NCBI GenBank assembly: GCA_965208325.1
Contig: OZ242326.1
Coordinates: 1,472,001-1,536,000, forward strand
Length of the DNA: 64,000 nt
Source: Candidatus Poribacteria bacterium
GTDB taxonomy: Bacteria; Poribacteria; WGA-4E; PCPOR2b
Reading direction: 5' to 3'
Part shown: one piece after another, positions 10,201 to 19,186 of the stretch
Numbering within the stretch: position 1 is the stretch's first letter
Layout of the letters: every line of letters starts with the position of its first letter
The notes under the pieces: generated by a model
The model's input: the letters and a program-made list of their open reading frames with translations, nothing else
What the model was told of the DNA's origin: nothing
Databases searched by the model: none
Position numbers and translations under genes: made by a program

Positions 10201-13200
10201 GCTGCAGACGCCATGCGTATCGAATTTCGCGGCAAGCAATTTCATTTGGCGCCTTTAACGAAGTATCTCCCGCAACTATCTCATCTTCATGGCTACGCGG
10301 ATTTGAGCGGCGAAATGACTGGCAGCCTTCAACATCCGGTATTGACCGCATCGGTTGATGTAAAGGAAACAGAGATGCAACTGTTCGATTTTCCGCAGCC
10401 GATTGAAAATCTGCAAGCCCGCATACGAATACATGGCGGCGGCAAATCACAATCCGATTTCGATACGCCCTTTTCAAATGCGGACAATACCCGCGCTGGG
10501 TTCACGAACGATTTAATTTCGGTTGAACTGGAATACGCCAACTGGAATCTTGCCGGCGGAAACTATCGAGCCGCGGGAAGATGGAACTTATCAAAAACGA
10601 AAGCTCAATCCTCACTATTTTCAATTCCTAGTTTTCACGCACCAGCATCGTTTCAGCTGCAACTTGATGGAACGCAGGTGAATCTCACAAAATTAGTGAA
10701 CTACGTGATGCCCGGGAAGCAGTCCGCCCTAATGCGTGAGTATGATTTGGAGGGTCATGTGGATGTCTCATTAGCGCTTCAGGGTAGCGGATTTCATTCG
10801 AATCAAGTATCCGGAACGCTCAAATGCAGCAATCTACGGGCTAGCATCAATAAGTTGCAGTTCGACACTGAACACAAGCATCTAGACGAATTGAATCGCG
10901 GCGGCATCTCGGAAGGGTTAGGACAAGTACTTGTGAAACATGGAATCCCAATTTCCCCTAACGCGCCTGTTTCCGTTGAAAAAGGAGATGACGGGCGGAC
11001 GGTAATTAATTGGGAAGATAGCAATCAACCATACGTTGTTAAAGAAGATTCAGATAAACTCCTCATCTACAAAAAGCACAATGTACAGAATTTGGCGCCG
11101 ATTATATGTCGGTATTCGGGTGGGGGATTTACCATTGAATCATTCCATATCGGACAACCGGGTGGGGGATTCATAGATGCGTCAGGCACGTGTGACACCG
11201 ATGGGAACCTCAATCTACAGTTGGAACTCAGCGAGCTTCCGTACGCGTTATTGTTACCGTCATTGACGTTGACACTGTTTAACACTTCTGCTTTGTTGGA
11301 TGGCCGTTTCTCTAGCCGGATTGCCCTGGGCGGCACCCTTACCGAACCCACTATTGATGCGGAATGGGATACCTACGCAAAGAGCAAAAATGCGGAATTT
11401 TCAGATAAGGGATTTACGAAATATAACAATCGAACCCTGGTTATGGGAGATACAATTCGGTTGGGAAATGCCGACAATCAGTTGTCAATCTCCGGCGAAA
11501 TTCCGATAAATCTCTCCTTCCAGCCGCTCAATCTGCCAGAACGGTTCCCGGAGTTACCCATAAACCTGCGAGTGAAAGGGAAGAATGAATCAAAGATAAT
11601 GCTCGATTATCTAGCATTATTGTTCCCTGTATTGCTCGTAGACTCGGGTGGCATAGCCGAAGTGGATTTCAGCATTCGGGGAACAACCGCTTCACCTTAC
11701 TTGGTCGGCGAAGGAACTGTCCATAACGGCATGATGAAATTCAAACACCTCGACACACCGATTTCAGGTGCGGCGATGCGTCTGAAGGCAAGCGCCGGAA
11801 AAATTAGTATTCCCGCTTTCAGTTTTCAGATTGGCGCCGGGGAGTATGCCGCCCCAAAACCAATTGAATTCAAAATGAACGGACTGCTGCCCACGGATTT
11901 CGAGGTGCAACAATTCACCGTCACACAGGCGCAAATCTCTGATTTTGCACGGAGTTTCTTAACCGGAGAAATTATCTCTGATTTTGACGGATTCGTCACA
12001 GCAGAAGCGCGTTTACGATTCCCTATCAATCGGATAATCACGCGCGGTGAAACCGCATGGACGCCGAAGATTGCCTTGCCGGATGTACACAATTTGATTG
12101 AATACGCAGTTGGCGATTTAAACATTCAGCATGTGTTGGTGAATAGCATGGTGGAAGGTCTGGACTATACAATAAGTAACCCGGAGGTGATTAAGGTTCG
12201 CCTAAAAGATCGGACAGTAAAGCTCGACGATTTTACTTTAGAAGATCAGAAGTCCAATGCAGACGCACAGCGCCTAAAAATGACCGGTTCCGGAAGTTGG
12301 AAATTGGGCGGTCGGTTGGATTTTCGCATGGATATGCATCATTTCAATCTCGGCTTTATCTCTGATTTTTTTCCCGATGCATACGCGATTCGGGGTTTTC
12401 TCAATGCAGTGTTAGACATACGCGGGACAGACGCAAATCCAGAAGTCATTTTCGAATGGGAGACGCCGAGGTTTTCACTTCGTCATGCCCATCTGGACGA
12501 ATTTACGGGCAAAATTGTTTACAAAAATAAGAAACTGCGCCTAACCGGCATAGATGGAAATAACGTGCGCTTCTCCGTAGGCGCCAATCGAGCCAAGTTT
12601 TCAGGACTCATTCCATTTAATCTTTCTTTTCTCGAATTTAAAGCAGAACCGCTTCAGCACGACGAAATCGAGGGTAGATTAGATGCGGCTATCCGCAATT
12701 TAGATTTTCTGCCGCTCATTATTCCCTCATGCGATTTCGCTGATGGTACGGGCGAAATTGGCGTGACAATCGGGGGACCTCTACGGTCGCCGCAATTGAA
12801 AGGGGTTGCAAATCTAAGGAATTTAGAATTTGACTTCCCGGATTCGCACACAAAAATTGAGAAAACTGAGATTGACATTGATTTCACCCATGGTGGACTG
12901 AATATTCGGCGCTTTGATGGCAGACTAAATGGCGGCGCATACCGGATAAACGGCTCTGTAGAATCAGACTGGCATCGTATACAGAATTTAAATCTTACTG
13001 CAGCATTGAGCGGCGGATGTGTTTTTGAGATGCCCGGCGTGTACTGGGTTGAACTCGAGCGGGCAGACCTTGCAATTAATGGCGGGTTGAAACTTCCGGA
13101 ACTCACAGGTTCTATCCATATCACCGAGGGGCGGTACGAGAATCACTGGAGGGAATTAGTTGAGAATTGGTTTGATAAAGACGCAGGCATCCAAACTGAA

Positions 13201-14040
13201 GTGTGGTTCGACTACCCGATTGTCCGTGATTTACGATTGAATCTTGCGGTATTCGCCGACGATAATTTACGAATGGAGTCCGACATCGGCGAACTTGAAG
13301 TCGCAGTATCTGTCGTAAACGGCAAGATCGTCGGACCTATTCAAAAACCCATCTTTGATGGGCGCGTGAATTTGTTGGCGGGCCAGTTTTCATTGCTGGA
13401 CCACCTCTTTTCTATAAATGACGGCTCATATATAGAAAACACCAACCCATTTGAATTTAACCCCCAATACAAAATTGATGCCGAAACCATCGATCCGATT
13501 AGAAACATTCCCTTAGTTACAACCGATGACCAAGAGCGTACGAAAGATCTGAACATTAAAGCCCGTTTAAGCGGTTATCTCAACGAGCATCGCCCACCCG
13601 AGTTTCAGGTTGAAGTTCTCCGAAAAAGCGCTGGCGAAGAGTATCAATTTACCTCAAGGCAGATCGTTCGCATTTTGTCGTTCGGCGGCGCCGACACTTC
13701 TGAGCCGCTATCGGCGGGCGCTACCTCAAACCTTTTGCTGCGGCATTCTCAACGCTTTTTGGGAAGCCGTGTCGCGGATGCCGTGGGGTTCGTTGATGAC
13801 GTGCGGTTTGACATTAGCCCTAGTGCGTTCGAGGCGTCACAATTCTTCTTTACCAAAGCCATCTCCGAACGCTTTTTTCTAACGTCCGGATTTACCTTCC
13901 AACTTCACACCGAACCTCGAATTGAAGTTGAATATCTGATTAATAGACACATCACGGTTAAAGGTGAAAAGAACGAGCAGGGCAAATTTGGTATCGATCT
14001 CAAACTTCAACAAAAATTTGGGTTGACGCCGATTCGTTAG
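7222..14040 (+). CDS. tamB: Translocation and assembly module TamB / AsmA-like repeating beta-groove protein (2272 aa)
   Basis: N-terminal TM anchor, long amphipathic beta-strand repeats (G..P.L.G motifs), DUF490-like C-terminus (EVEYLINRHITVKG), directly upstream of an Omp85 gene. Confidence 0.85.
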   Translation: MRTRNVFLIFFAVIVITLVIGVFFFSRSAYLLNRVRIVIVDELENQLNHPVSIGKISGNVLTGLKVHQLEVAKQHPDKPNPILIDEVNVKYRLWGLMQGKFVVQRFNLYRPQINAYIDRDGKFNLSSLMPEKTAESSARRPQLLISRANVEDGGISFVDETRKFKIAISGIQSLIDNPKQSAEYNGSMNIRDGSFELNGISTQIDELVTEFEFLKNQGELKTLRLTVGNSSLTISGGLNNFNSESPSNERSTPILDTQIDLNVDLRDLQKYFPTYELEGFAQAAIQAKGWIGDIVGQCNLKLPQAKINQIPLENWVADAEFTQDRFHLNAINGELASGSATGDADFKLASEGVTYSGTLKLSDLQAHQVLPTVIELPEDFLVVNGRVNGKILFSGNSANLNGFQLDSNLELSEASLNDVPIRLSKARCDIEHNRLSVSANFDDAEIRLDGPLGSAGRSDINLNITQIDVGKLSRILRLPDLSGSGTLTGRISPNPPLTATFSIPDAALYDVPIGVLRAEFHYAEGRVMLHPVSLVKGESEITLTGVARMENDIPVDFSVTAQPLQIADYVRLAGDDYPIEGIATGELKLDGTLASLDGRGNLHVAAGQAWELALDPLTLPLEIQDYVVKTPNFEILVRGQRGVLNTELTPDGDYDISFQSEAMRLAELARAKGITDFQLDADVVVLATGRANVTNPRVDLSFDFSNVSYAGKPLRDVRLEGIYMGDKLHFEGSGFDNTCRIQGVMESVEGNPYKVFVDGKGVDVKPILRIFNDTLSDKITGSANGALEISGTLADTSQFTLNMSLPSLALQANGRQLFNPSTVKLSFADDLWHVESFELADSRDRRRLLRAAGTLGAAAFEPNPPSSTPLSEATDLPRERFDFTVESEGFALEYLTDILGMTPMVSGTARYKLTGNGTAEDAQLVLDWSLENLSVNLPLEPVTISEAAGRLVYKNRNLIVEQSNFLWLDNSIHVDGSVPLNLSALPMSFEDRIAADAMRIEFRGKQFHLAPLTKYLPQLSHLHGYADLSGEMTGSLQHPVLTASVDVKETEMQLFDFPQPIENLQARIRIHGGGKSQSDFDTPFSNADNTRAGFTNDLISVELEYANWNLAGGNYRAAGRWNLSKTKAQSSLFSIPSFHAPASFQLQLDGTQVNLTKLVNYVMPGKQSALMREYDLEGHVDVSLALQGSGFHSNQVSGTLKCSNLRASINKLQFDTEHKHLDELNRGGISEGLGQVLVKHGIPISPNAPVSVEKGDDGRTVINWEDSNQPYVVKEDSDKLLIYKKHNVQNLAPIICRYSGGGFTIESFHIGQPGGGFIDASGTCDTDGNLNLQLELSELPYALLLPSLTLTLFNTSALLDGRFSSRIALGGTLTEPTIDAEWDTYAKSKNAEFSDKGFTKYNNRTLVMGDTIRLGNADNQLSISGEIPINLSFQPLNLPERFPELPINLRVKGKNESKIMLDYLALLFPVLLVDSGGIAEVDFSIRGTTASPYLVGEGTVHNGMMKFKHLDTPISGAAMRLKASAGKISIPAFSFQIGAGEYAAPKPIEFKMNGLLPTDFEVQQFTVTQAQISDFARSFLTGEIISDFDGFVTAEARLRFPINRIITRGETAWTPKIALPDVHNLIEYAVGDLNIQHVLVNSMVEGLDYTISNPEVIKVRLKDRTVKLDDFTLEDQKSNADAQRLKMTGSGSWKLGGRLDFRMDMHHFNLGFISDFFPDAYAIRGFLNAVLDIRGTDANPEVIFEWETPRFSLRHAHLDEFTGKIVYKNKKLRLTGIDGNNVRFSVGANRAKFSGLIPFNLSFLEFKAEPLQHDEIEGRLDAAIRNLDFLPLIIPSCDFADGTGEIGVTIGGPLRSPQLKGVANLRNLEFDFPDSHTKIEKTEIDIDFTHGGLNIRRFDGRLNGGAYRINGSVESDWHRIQNLNLTAALSGGCVFEMPGVYWVELERADLAINGGLKLPELTGSIHITEGRYENHWRELVENWFDKDAGIQTEVWFDYPIVRDLRLNLAVFADDNLRMESDIGELEVAVSVVNGKIVGPIQKPIFDGRVNLLAGQFSLLDHLFSINDGSYIENTNPFEFNPQYKIDAETIDPIRNIPLVTTDDQERTKDLNIKARLSGYLNEHRPPEFQVEVLRKSAGEEYQFTSRQIVRILSFGGADTSEPLSAGATSNLLLRHSQRFLGSRVADAVGFVDDVRFDISPSAFEASQFFFTKAISERFFLTSGFTFQLHTEPRIEVEYLINRHITVKGEKNEQGKFGIDLKLQQKFGLTPIR

Positions 14041-14086
14041 GCGTTAAATCCGAAGCAAAATTAAGTCATTCGCAAGATGGATTTAG

Positions 14087-16837
14087 ATGAAGCGCTCAAC
14101 CGAGAGCCAAAAACCGGAACACCGTTTCCTTCCGTATCTCATAATTAGCCTGATGCTTGCGTCCAACCCTGTGTTGGGAAAGTTGCACAACCATCAGGTC
14201 GTCGATATAGTATACCTCCTCAACGGCAACACCATTGATGAATCTTCTCTGCTCGATGACCTTCGACACAGAACTAAAATTTCAATAGGAAAACCATCCT
14301 CCCGCTACACGATTCGAAAGAGCATTGAATCAATCTATGCAGTCGGTGAGTTTTCTCAGGTGGAAGTTCTTGAAACCGCCGCGCCCGGCGGCGTTTTGAT
14401 TCGATTTATGCTTTCCACGAAAATCACCGTACAGCAAATCCAATTCACCGGAAATGACCGTTTGAGCAAAGATGACCTTTTTCAAGTGATGAAATCACGC
14501 CCGAATGAAGAATATCATGAGCAAGTTGCGAGGCAAGATAGACAAAGAATTCTCGATTTATACACAGATGAAAACGGCTATCTTCAAGCAGAAGTGTGCT
14601 TCATTCCGCCCGATCCGCAACTTGCACGTGAGGTCAATCTTGTGTACGAAATCTCCGAGGGGCGGCAATCCCTGATTCGGGAAATCGGATTTAAAGGGGT
14701 AAGAGGGATTGCGCCTAAAAAGTTGGGCAAGGTGCTGCATAGTAAGGCAGGAAAACCTTTCCAGAAGCGCCGCATCGAAGAAGACATTGACGCCATCAGC
14801 ACATTATATCGTAAAAACGGATATCTCACCGTCCATATTCAGCCCGAACTGTATTTTGATGAAAAACCGCAACTGGTTTCTCTCATGTACCAAGTGCGCG
14901 AAGGGAAAAAAGTCATTGTCAAACTAGTGGGTGATAATGTCGACAGCCGCGAACTCAGAGAGAAATTGAGTTTATTCAAGCAGGATGGCTATTCGGACAC
15001 AATTCTTCGAAGCAATACACAACAAATTCGCCGCATCTACCAACAAAAAGGGTATTTTGCCCCGGAGGTTGAGTACCAGATTGAAAGTGAATCGAAGGAT
15101 GAAGTAACCATTCGTTTCGATATTCATCCCGGCGTAGTGCTGCACATCGGTGAAATTAATTTTGCGGGGAATGCGGCATTTACGGCCGCCGAACTTCGGC
15201 GAAAGATGGAAACCCAATCACGCAGCCGCGTCGGTAGTATGATTCCGGGATTTGGCAGGTTTTTTCCTAAAGGGATTTTTGATCCGGAGATTTTGGAAAA
15301 AGACCGCCGTGTACTGAAGCTGTTTTATAAAAAAGCCGGTTATGCCGACGTTCAAATCAAACCGGAAAAAGAGATTGATGAAAAAAAAGGGCGCATCAAA
15401 TTAATGATTAACGTTATAGAGGGAAAACGTCAGATCATAGAGGTTGTGAGCATTAAAGGAAACCGCACAATTAAAGCTAGAACCTTGCTATCGAAGCCCG
15501 CTGCAAAACCGGGGGAACCGTACAGCACAGACATTGTGGCGCGCGATGTGCAATCGATCCAGTCCCATTACAGTAAGGAAGGGTATATCTACGCAAGCAT
15601 TGAACCGCACTACCAGCCGGAAACAGGTAGGCTGGTTTATCAAATCTCTGAGGGCATTCAAGCCAAGTTTGGGCGGTTCTACTTTGATGGGGAGGGGAGA
15701 ATCAAACTTCACGTTTTGGAGCGAGAATTTAAGAACCTAGACGGCACCGTGTTTAACCACGAAAAACTGATTGAAGGGCGTCGGCGATTGTTTAATCTCG
15801 GAATCTTTCGCGAAATCGAAATTCAGACGCCCGGTCAGCTTGAAGGGGAAGAGGTCGTTGATGTCAATGTCGACGCCAAAGTCAGAGCTCCCGGTTCAAT
15901 GAGCTTGAGCGGCGGTTATAGCCCGTCGGAAGGCGTTCGGGGAACTATCGGTGTGACTCACAATAATATTCACAAACGCAACATGCGAGCGGGGATGCAG
16001 TTTCGAATCGGAACGCGAGGTAACCTGTATGAACTTACCTTGGTTGAACCGTGGTTAAAACCACCAATCCTTGGACATACAATCGGCACCCTTCGCCTAT
16101 TTGAAGATAATTTGGAAGAAAACGATGACATACGCGCCCGCGGTGTGACAGCCAATCTTGCGAAACGGCTTGGATTGCATAGTAACTTGGCTATGCAATA
16201 CAAATATCAGGAGTTACATCAGAGCGATAGTGACAGAAGCACCATTGTGAGCAGTTTGGGAATCTCGTTTCATCGGGATAATCGGGATAGCTTTCTTAAC
16301 CCCAGAAATGGATGGTTCAAGGAGGTGGCAGTAGAGTATGCCGGCGCGTTTCTTGGCGGCGAAACCCGTTTTGTGAAATTTACAACGGATAATCGCCACT
16401 ACAAGCAGATTGGAAGGGTAGTTGTCGCGAATGCGCTCCGGCTTGGTTGGTTGCGCCCCAACCGTGCCCGGGAGATTGACGACCTCCTCTCATTTGAACG
16501 TTTTTGGGCGGGTGGATCCACAACGGTTAGGGGGTACGATGAGCGGTCATTAGGCCCCAGCGAATCGGACAATCCTCGTGGGGACGTTTTGTTTGTTTTC
16601 AATGCAGAATTGCGCTACCCAATATTTAAGTTCATTGGCGGTGCCTTGTTTTTTGACACGGGCAACGTGTGGGATAAACTGAAACTTTCGGAAATAAAAG
16701 AAAGCCTCCCTTGGTCGGGAGTCGGAGTCGGGCTTCGTATTGAAACGCCCCTTGGGCCCGCTCGTTTGGATTTTGGTTTCCCGCTCACTGAGAAATACTC
16801 ACGCCGCATCCATATCGAACTGGGGCACGCCTTTTAA
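14087..16837 (+). CDS. bamA: Omp85 family outer-membrane assembly factor (BamA/TamA) with multiple POTRA domains
   Basis: Repeated POTRA motifs (I.F.GN, Y...GY, I.EG), GGSTTVRGY loop-6 motif, TPLGPARLDFG, C-terminal Phe. Confidence 0.88.
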   Translation: MKRSTESQKPEHRFLPYLIISLMLASNPVLGKLHNHQVVDIVYLLNGNTIDESSLLDDLRHRTKISIGKPSSRYTIRKSIESIYAVGEFSQVEVLETAAPGGVLIRFMLSTKITVQQIQFTGNDRLSKDDLFQVMKSRPNEEYHEQVARQDRQRILDLYTDENGYLQAEVCFIPPDPQLAREVNLVYEISEGRQSLIREIGFKGVRGIAPKKLGKVLHSKAGKPFQKRRIEEDIDAISTLYRKNGYLTVHIQPELYFDEKPQLVSLMYQVREGKKVIVKLVGDNVDSRELREKLSLFKQDGYSDTILRSNTQQIRRIYQQKGYFAPEVEYQIESESKDEVTIRFDIHPGVVLHIGEINFAGNAAFTAAELRRKMETQSRSRVGSMIPGFGRFFPKGIFDPEILEKDRRVLKLFYKKAGYADVQIKPEKEIDEKKGRIKLMINVIEGKRQIIEVVSIKGNRTIKARTLLSKPAAKPGEPYSTDIVARDVQSIQSHYSKEGYIYASIEPHYQPETGRLVYQISEGIQAKFGRFYFDGEGRIKLHVLEREFKNLDGTVFNHEKLIEGRRRLFNLGIFREIEIQTPGQLEGEEVVDVNVDAKVRAPGSMSLSGGYSPSEGVRGTIGVTHNNIHKRNMRAGMQFRIGTRGNLYELTLVEPWLKPPILGHTIGTLRLFEDNLEENDDIRARGVTANLAKRLGLHSNLAMQYKYQELHQSDSDRSTIVSSLGISFHRDNRDSFLNPRNGWFKEVAVEYAGAFLGGETRFVKFTTDNRHYKQIGRVVVANALRLGWLRPNRAREIDDLLSFERFWAGGSTTVRGYDERSLGPSESDNPRGDVLFVFNAELRYPIFKFIGGALFFDTGNVWDKLKLSEIKESLPWSGVGVGLRIETPLGPARLDFGFPLTEKYSRRIHIELGHAF

Positions 16838-16848
16838 ACAAAAATACC

Positions 16849-16877
16849 TTGACAAACGAATAGCTACTATGTATAAT
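16849..16877 (+). promoter_or_regulatory. Consensus sigma70 promoter of the tRNA cluster
   Basis: Perfect TTGACA-N17-TATAAT ending 15 nt before tRNA-Thr. Confidence 0.9.
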
Positions 16878-16891
16878 TCACATTCGCGTTT

Positions 16892-16967
16892 GCTGGCGTA
16901 GCTCAACGGGCAGAGCAAGTGATTTGTAATCACTAGGTTGGGGGTTCGATTCCTCTCGCCAGCTCCA
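16892..16967 (+). tRNA. tRNA-Thr(UGU)
   Basis: GCTGGCG/CGCCAGC acceptor stem, anticodon loop TTTGTAA, GGTTCGATTCC T-arm, encoded CCA. Confidence 0.96.
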
Positions 16968-16984
16968 TTCTTTGTACACCGGCT

Positions 16985-17066
16985 GGGGAGATACCAAAGC
17001 GGTCAAACGGGGCAGACTGTAAATCTGTTGGCTATGCCTTCGGAGGTTCGAATCCTTCTCTCCCCA
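16985..17066 (+). tRNA. tRNA-Tyr(GUA)
   Basis: GGGGAGA/TCTCCCC stem, CTGTAAA loop, long variable arm, GGTTCGAATCC. Confidence 0.96.
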
Positions 17067-17111
17067 TCACGTATGGCGCACAGCAAAACGCGAAAGCAGT
17101 TCAGATACAAC

Positions 17112-17185
17112 GCGGGAGTAGCTCAGGTTGGTAGAGCATTGGCCTTCCAAGCCAATTGTCGCGGGTTCGAACCCCGTCTCCCGCT
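17112..17185 (+). tRNA. tRNA-Gly(UCC)
   Basis: GCGGGAG/CTCCCGC stem, CTTCCAA loop, GGTTCGAACCC. Confidence 0.96.
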
Positions 17186-17323
17186 TGGCGTTCTGATATT
17201 TTTTTGGTAGTCCCCTTTGAATTTGGACAGCTATTTCGCCAAACTCCCGAGTGGCATTTCACTGGAGCGCGGTTTGCTTAATGGCGAATCCGGCGAATGT
17301 CGGAACGGGGACATGTTTGCTGT

Positions 17324-17396
<73 letters not shown>

Positions 17397-17444
17397 TCAG
17401 TATGCGTTTCAAAACCGATATGTATTAATATTCGAGTAACCGAT

Positions 17445-17597
17445 ATGCCTAGAGATGTCGTTTCGTTAGCGTGTGATGATTGCAAACGGCGAAACTATGT
17501 GACGACAAGGAACAAAAGAAAACAACAATCGCGTTTTGAGTTTAAAAAATATTGTCGTTTTTGTCGGAAACACACACTACACAAAGAAACTCGATAA
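17445..17597 (+). CDS. rpmG: 50S ribosomal protein L33 (zinc-ribbon type)
   Basis: MPRDVVSLACDDCKRRNY...KKYCRFCRKHTLHKETR. Confidence 0.96.
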   Translation: MPRDVVSLACDDCKRRNYVTTRNKRKQQSRFEFKKYCRFCRKHTLHKETR

Positions 17598-17621
17598 AAC
17601 ATCAATCATTTCCTTGCTTGC

Positions 17622-17695
17622 AGGCCAGTGGCTCAACCGGCTAGAGCATCGGTCTCCAAAACCGAGGGTTGGGGGTTCGAGTCCCTCCTGGCCTG
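17622..17695 (+). tRNA. tRNA-Trp(CCA)
   Basis: AGGCCAG/CTGGCCT stem, CTCCAAA loop, GGTTCGAGTCC; canonical position before secE. Confidence 0.96.
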
Positions 17696-17716
17696 CCTTT
17701 TTATTGAAATATCATT

Positions 17717-18100
17717 ATGATAGGGCGCGTAAAAAAATATCTACAAGAAATTCGAATTGAATGGGAAAAGGTGTCCAAACCTGACTGGAAGGATGTCCGC
17801 GGGAATACGCTCGTCGTAATTGTAGCATGTGCGATTTTAGGGTTTTTCCTGTGGCTTGTCGATGGAAATGCCGCGTACCCCAATTGGACCTCTGAGATTG
17901 GACTGGTTTTGCTCATCGTTTTAGTGCTAATCGTTCCTTTGATTTTGAGACGTTATACACCTAAGTGGAAACTATCAATTCCCATTTTGATTCTTCCCCT
18001 AGTAATTGTTGCGTTTTTCTATTTTGATCCCGATCCTAACCGGGGGGACATTAAAGGTTTCGGTTTGTCTTTACTTCGCGATCTGTTTATCCGCCGCTAA
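17717..18100 (+). CDS. secE: Preprotein translocase SecE, atypically long
   Basis: KYLQEIRIEWEKVSKP...TLVVIV...FLWLVD core and position between tRNA-Trp and nusG. Confidence 0.85.
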   Translation: MIGRVKKYLQEIRIEWEKVSKPDWKDVRGNTLVVIVACAILGFFLWLVDGNAAYPNWTSEIGLVLLIVLVLIVPLILRRYTPKWKLSIPILILPLVIVAFFYFDPDPNRGDIKGFGLSLLRDLFIRR

Positions 18101-18161
18101 ACATGCGTCTACGCCGTTCTGTGCCGTTCCCACGGTTAACTTTAATGGATAAGAGAAATCT

Positions 18162-18725
18162 ATGACCGGCTTCTGGTATATTATCCACATCTATTCTGGG
18201 CATGAAAAAAAAGTCAAGGTAAATCTTGAGCAACGGGTACAGGCGGTAGGTTTGGAGGAGGAAATTCTTCAAGTCATCATTCCGACAAAGGAAGTGGTAG
18301 AAGTCAAAAACGGCAAGAAACGGACGTTTGAACGCCCTTCTTATCCAGGATACATACTAATCCAAACCGCAAATGAATTATGGGCAGATGCAGAAATTGA
18401 GAGTAGCCAGAAAAGTTGGCATCTGATCCGCGACACCCCCGGCGTGATGAGTTTCGTTGGATCAAGTTCCCATCCACCGCCGCTTGCTGAAGAAGAGGTG
18501 CAAAATGCCCTTAATATTTCAACGGATGAAGAGAAAAGGAGACCCTCTCCCGTCGTGGACTATGTCGTTGGGGATAAGGTTAAGGTAATTGATGGGCCAT
18601 TCAATGAATTCCCCGCGGAAATTCATGGCATTGACGAGGAAAAACAGCGATTACATCTTATGATTTCGATTTTTGGTCGAACAACCCCTATTGAACTTGA
18701 ATTTTTCCAGGTTGAGAAAATTTAG
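18162..18725 (+). CDS. nusG: Transcription termination/antitermination factor NusG
   Basis: WYIIHIYSGHEKKVK, YPGYILI, TPGV..FVG, KOW motif VGDKVKVIDGPF, IFGRTTPIEL. Confidence 0.97.
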   Translation: MTGFWYIIHIYSGHEKKVKVNLEQRVQAVGLEEEILQVIIPTKEVVEVKNGKKRTFERPSYPGYILIQTANELWADAEIESSQKSWHLIRDTPGVMSFVGSSSHPPPLAEEEVQNALNISTDEEKRRPSPVVDYVVGDKVKVIDGPFNEFPAEIHGIDEEKQRLHLMISIFGRTTPIELEFFQVEKI

Positions 18726-18746
18726 GGTATCCTTGGAGAGTTAAAA

Positions 18747-19172
18747 ATGGCAAAAAAAATTGCGGGCGTCGTAAAACTTCAGCTCGTGTCCGGGCAAGCA
18801 ACTCCGAACCCGCCTGTGGGTCCAAGCCTTGCGCCCTATATGATTAATATTCCAGAGTTTATCAAATCCTTTAATGCGCAGACTCAAGACCAACCAGGTT
18901 TGGTTGTTACCACGGTCGTGACCTGTTTCGCAGATCGATCTTTTAGTTTCGAAGTAAAATCACCACCGACCGCGGTGCTGTTGAAGCAAGCCGCAAGAAT
19001 TGCGAAAGGATCCGGCGAACCAAACCGCAATAAGGTTGCCTCTGTGACCCCGGAGCAAATCAAGGAGATAGCGCAAACCAAATTGCCGGATTTGAATACG
19101 GTAAGTTTGGAATCTGCGATGCAAATGGTCAGAGGAACCGCCCGGAGTATGGGAATCACGATTACGGGATAA
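18747..19172 (+). CDS. rplK: 50S ribosomal protein L11
   Basis: GQATPNPPVGP, KGSGEPN, GTARSMGI. Confidence 0.97.
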   Translation: MAKKIAGVVKLQLVSGQATPNPPVGPSLAPYMINIPEFIKSFNAQTQDQPGLVVTTVVTCFADRSFSFEVKSPPTAVLLKQAARIAKGSGEPNRNKVASVTPEQIKEIAQTKLPDLNTVSLESAMQMVRGTARSMGITITG

Positions 19173-19186
19173 CACGGAGGATAACC

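Noticed and set aside
10852..11082. Intein within TamB (ends near HN)
   Set aside because: Far too short, no N-terminal Cys/Ser block, and HN is followed by Val rather than C/S/T
17210..17312. 6S RNA or SRP RNA identity for the spacer hairpin
   Set aside because: Too short for 6S and lacks the SRP GGAA-loop/AGCAG motif; kept only as an unassigned structure
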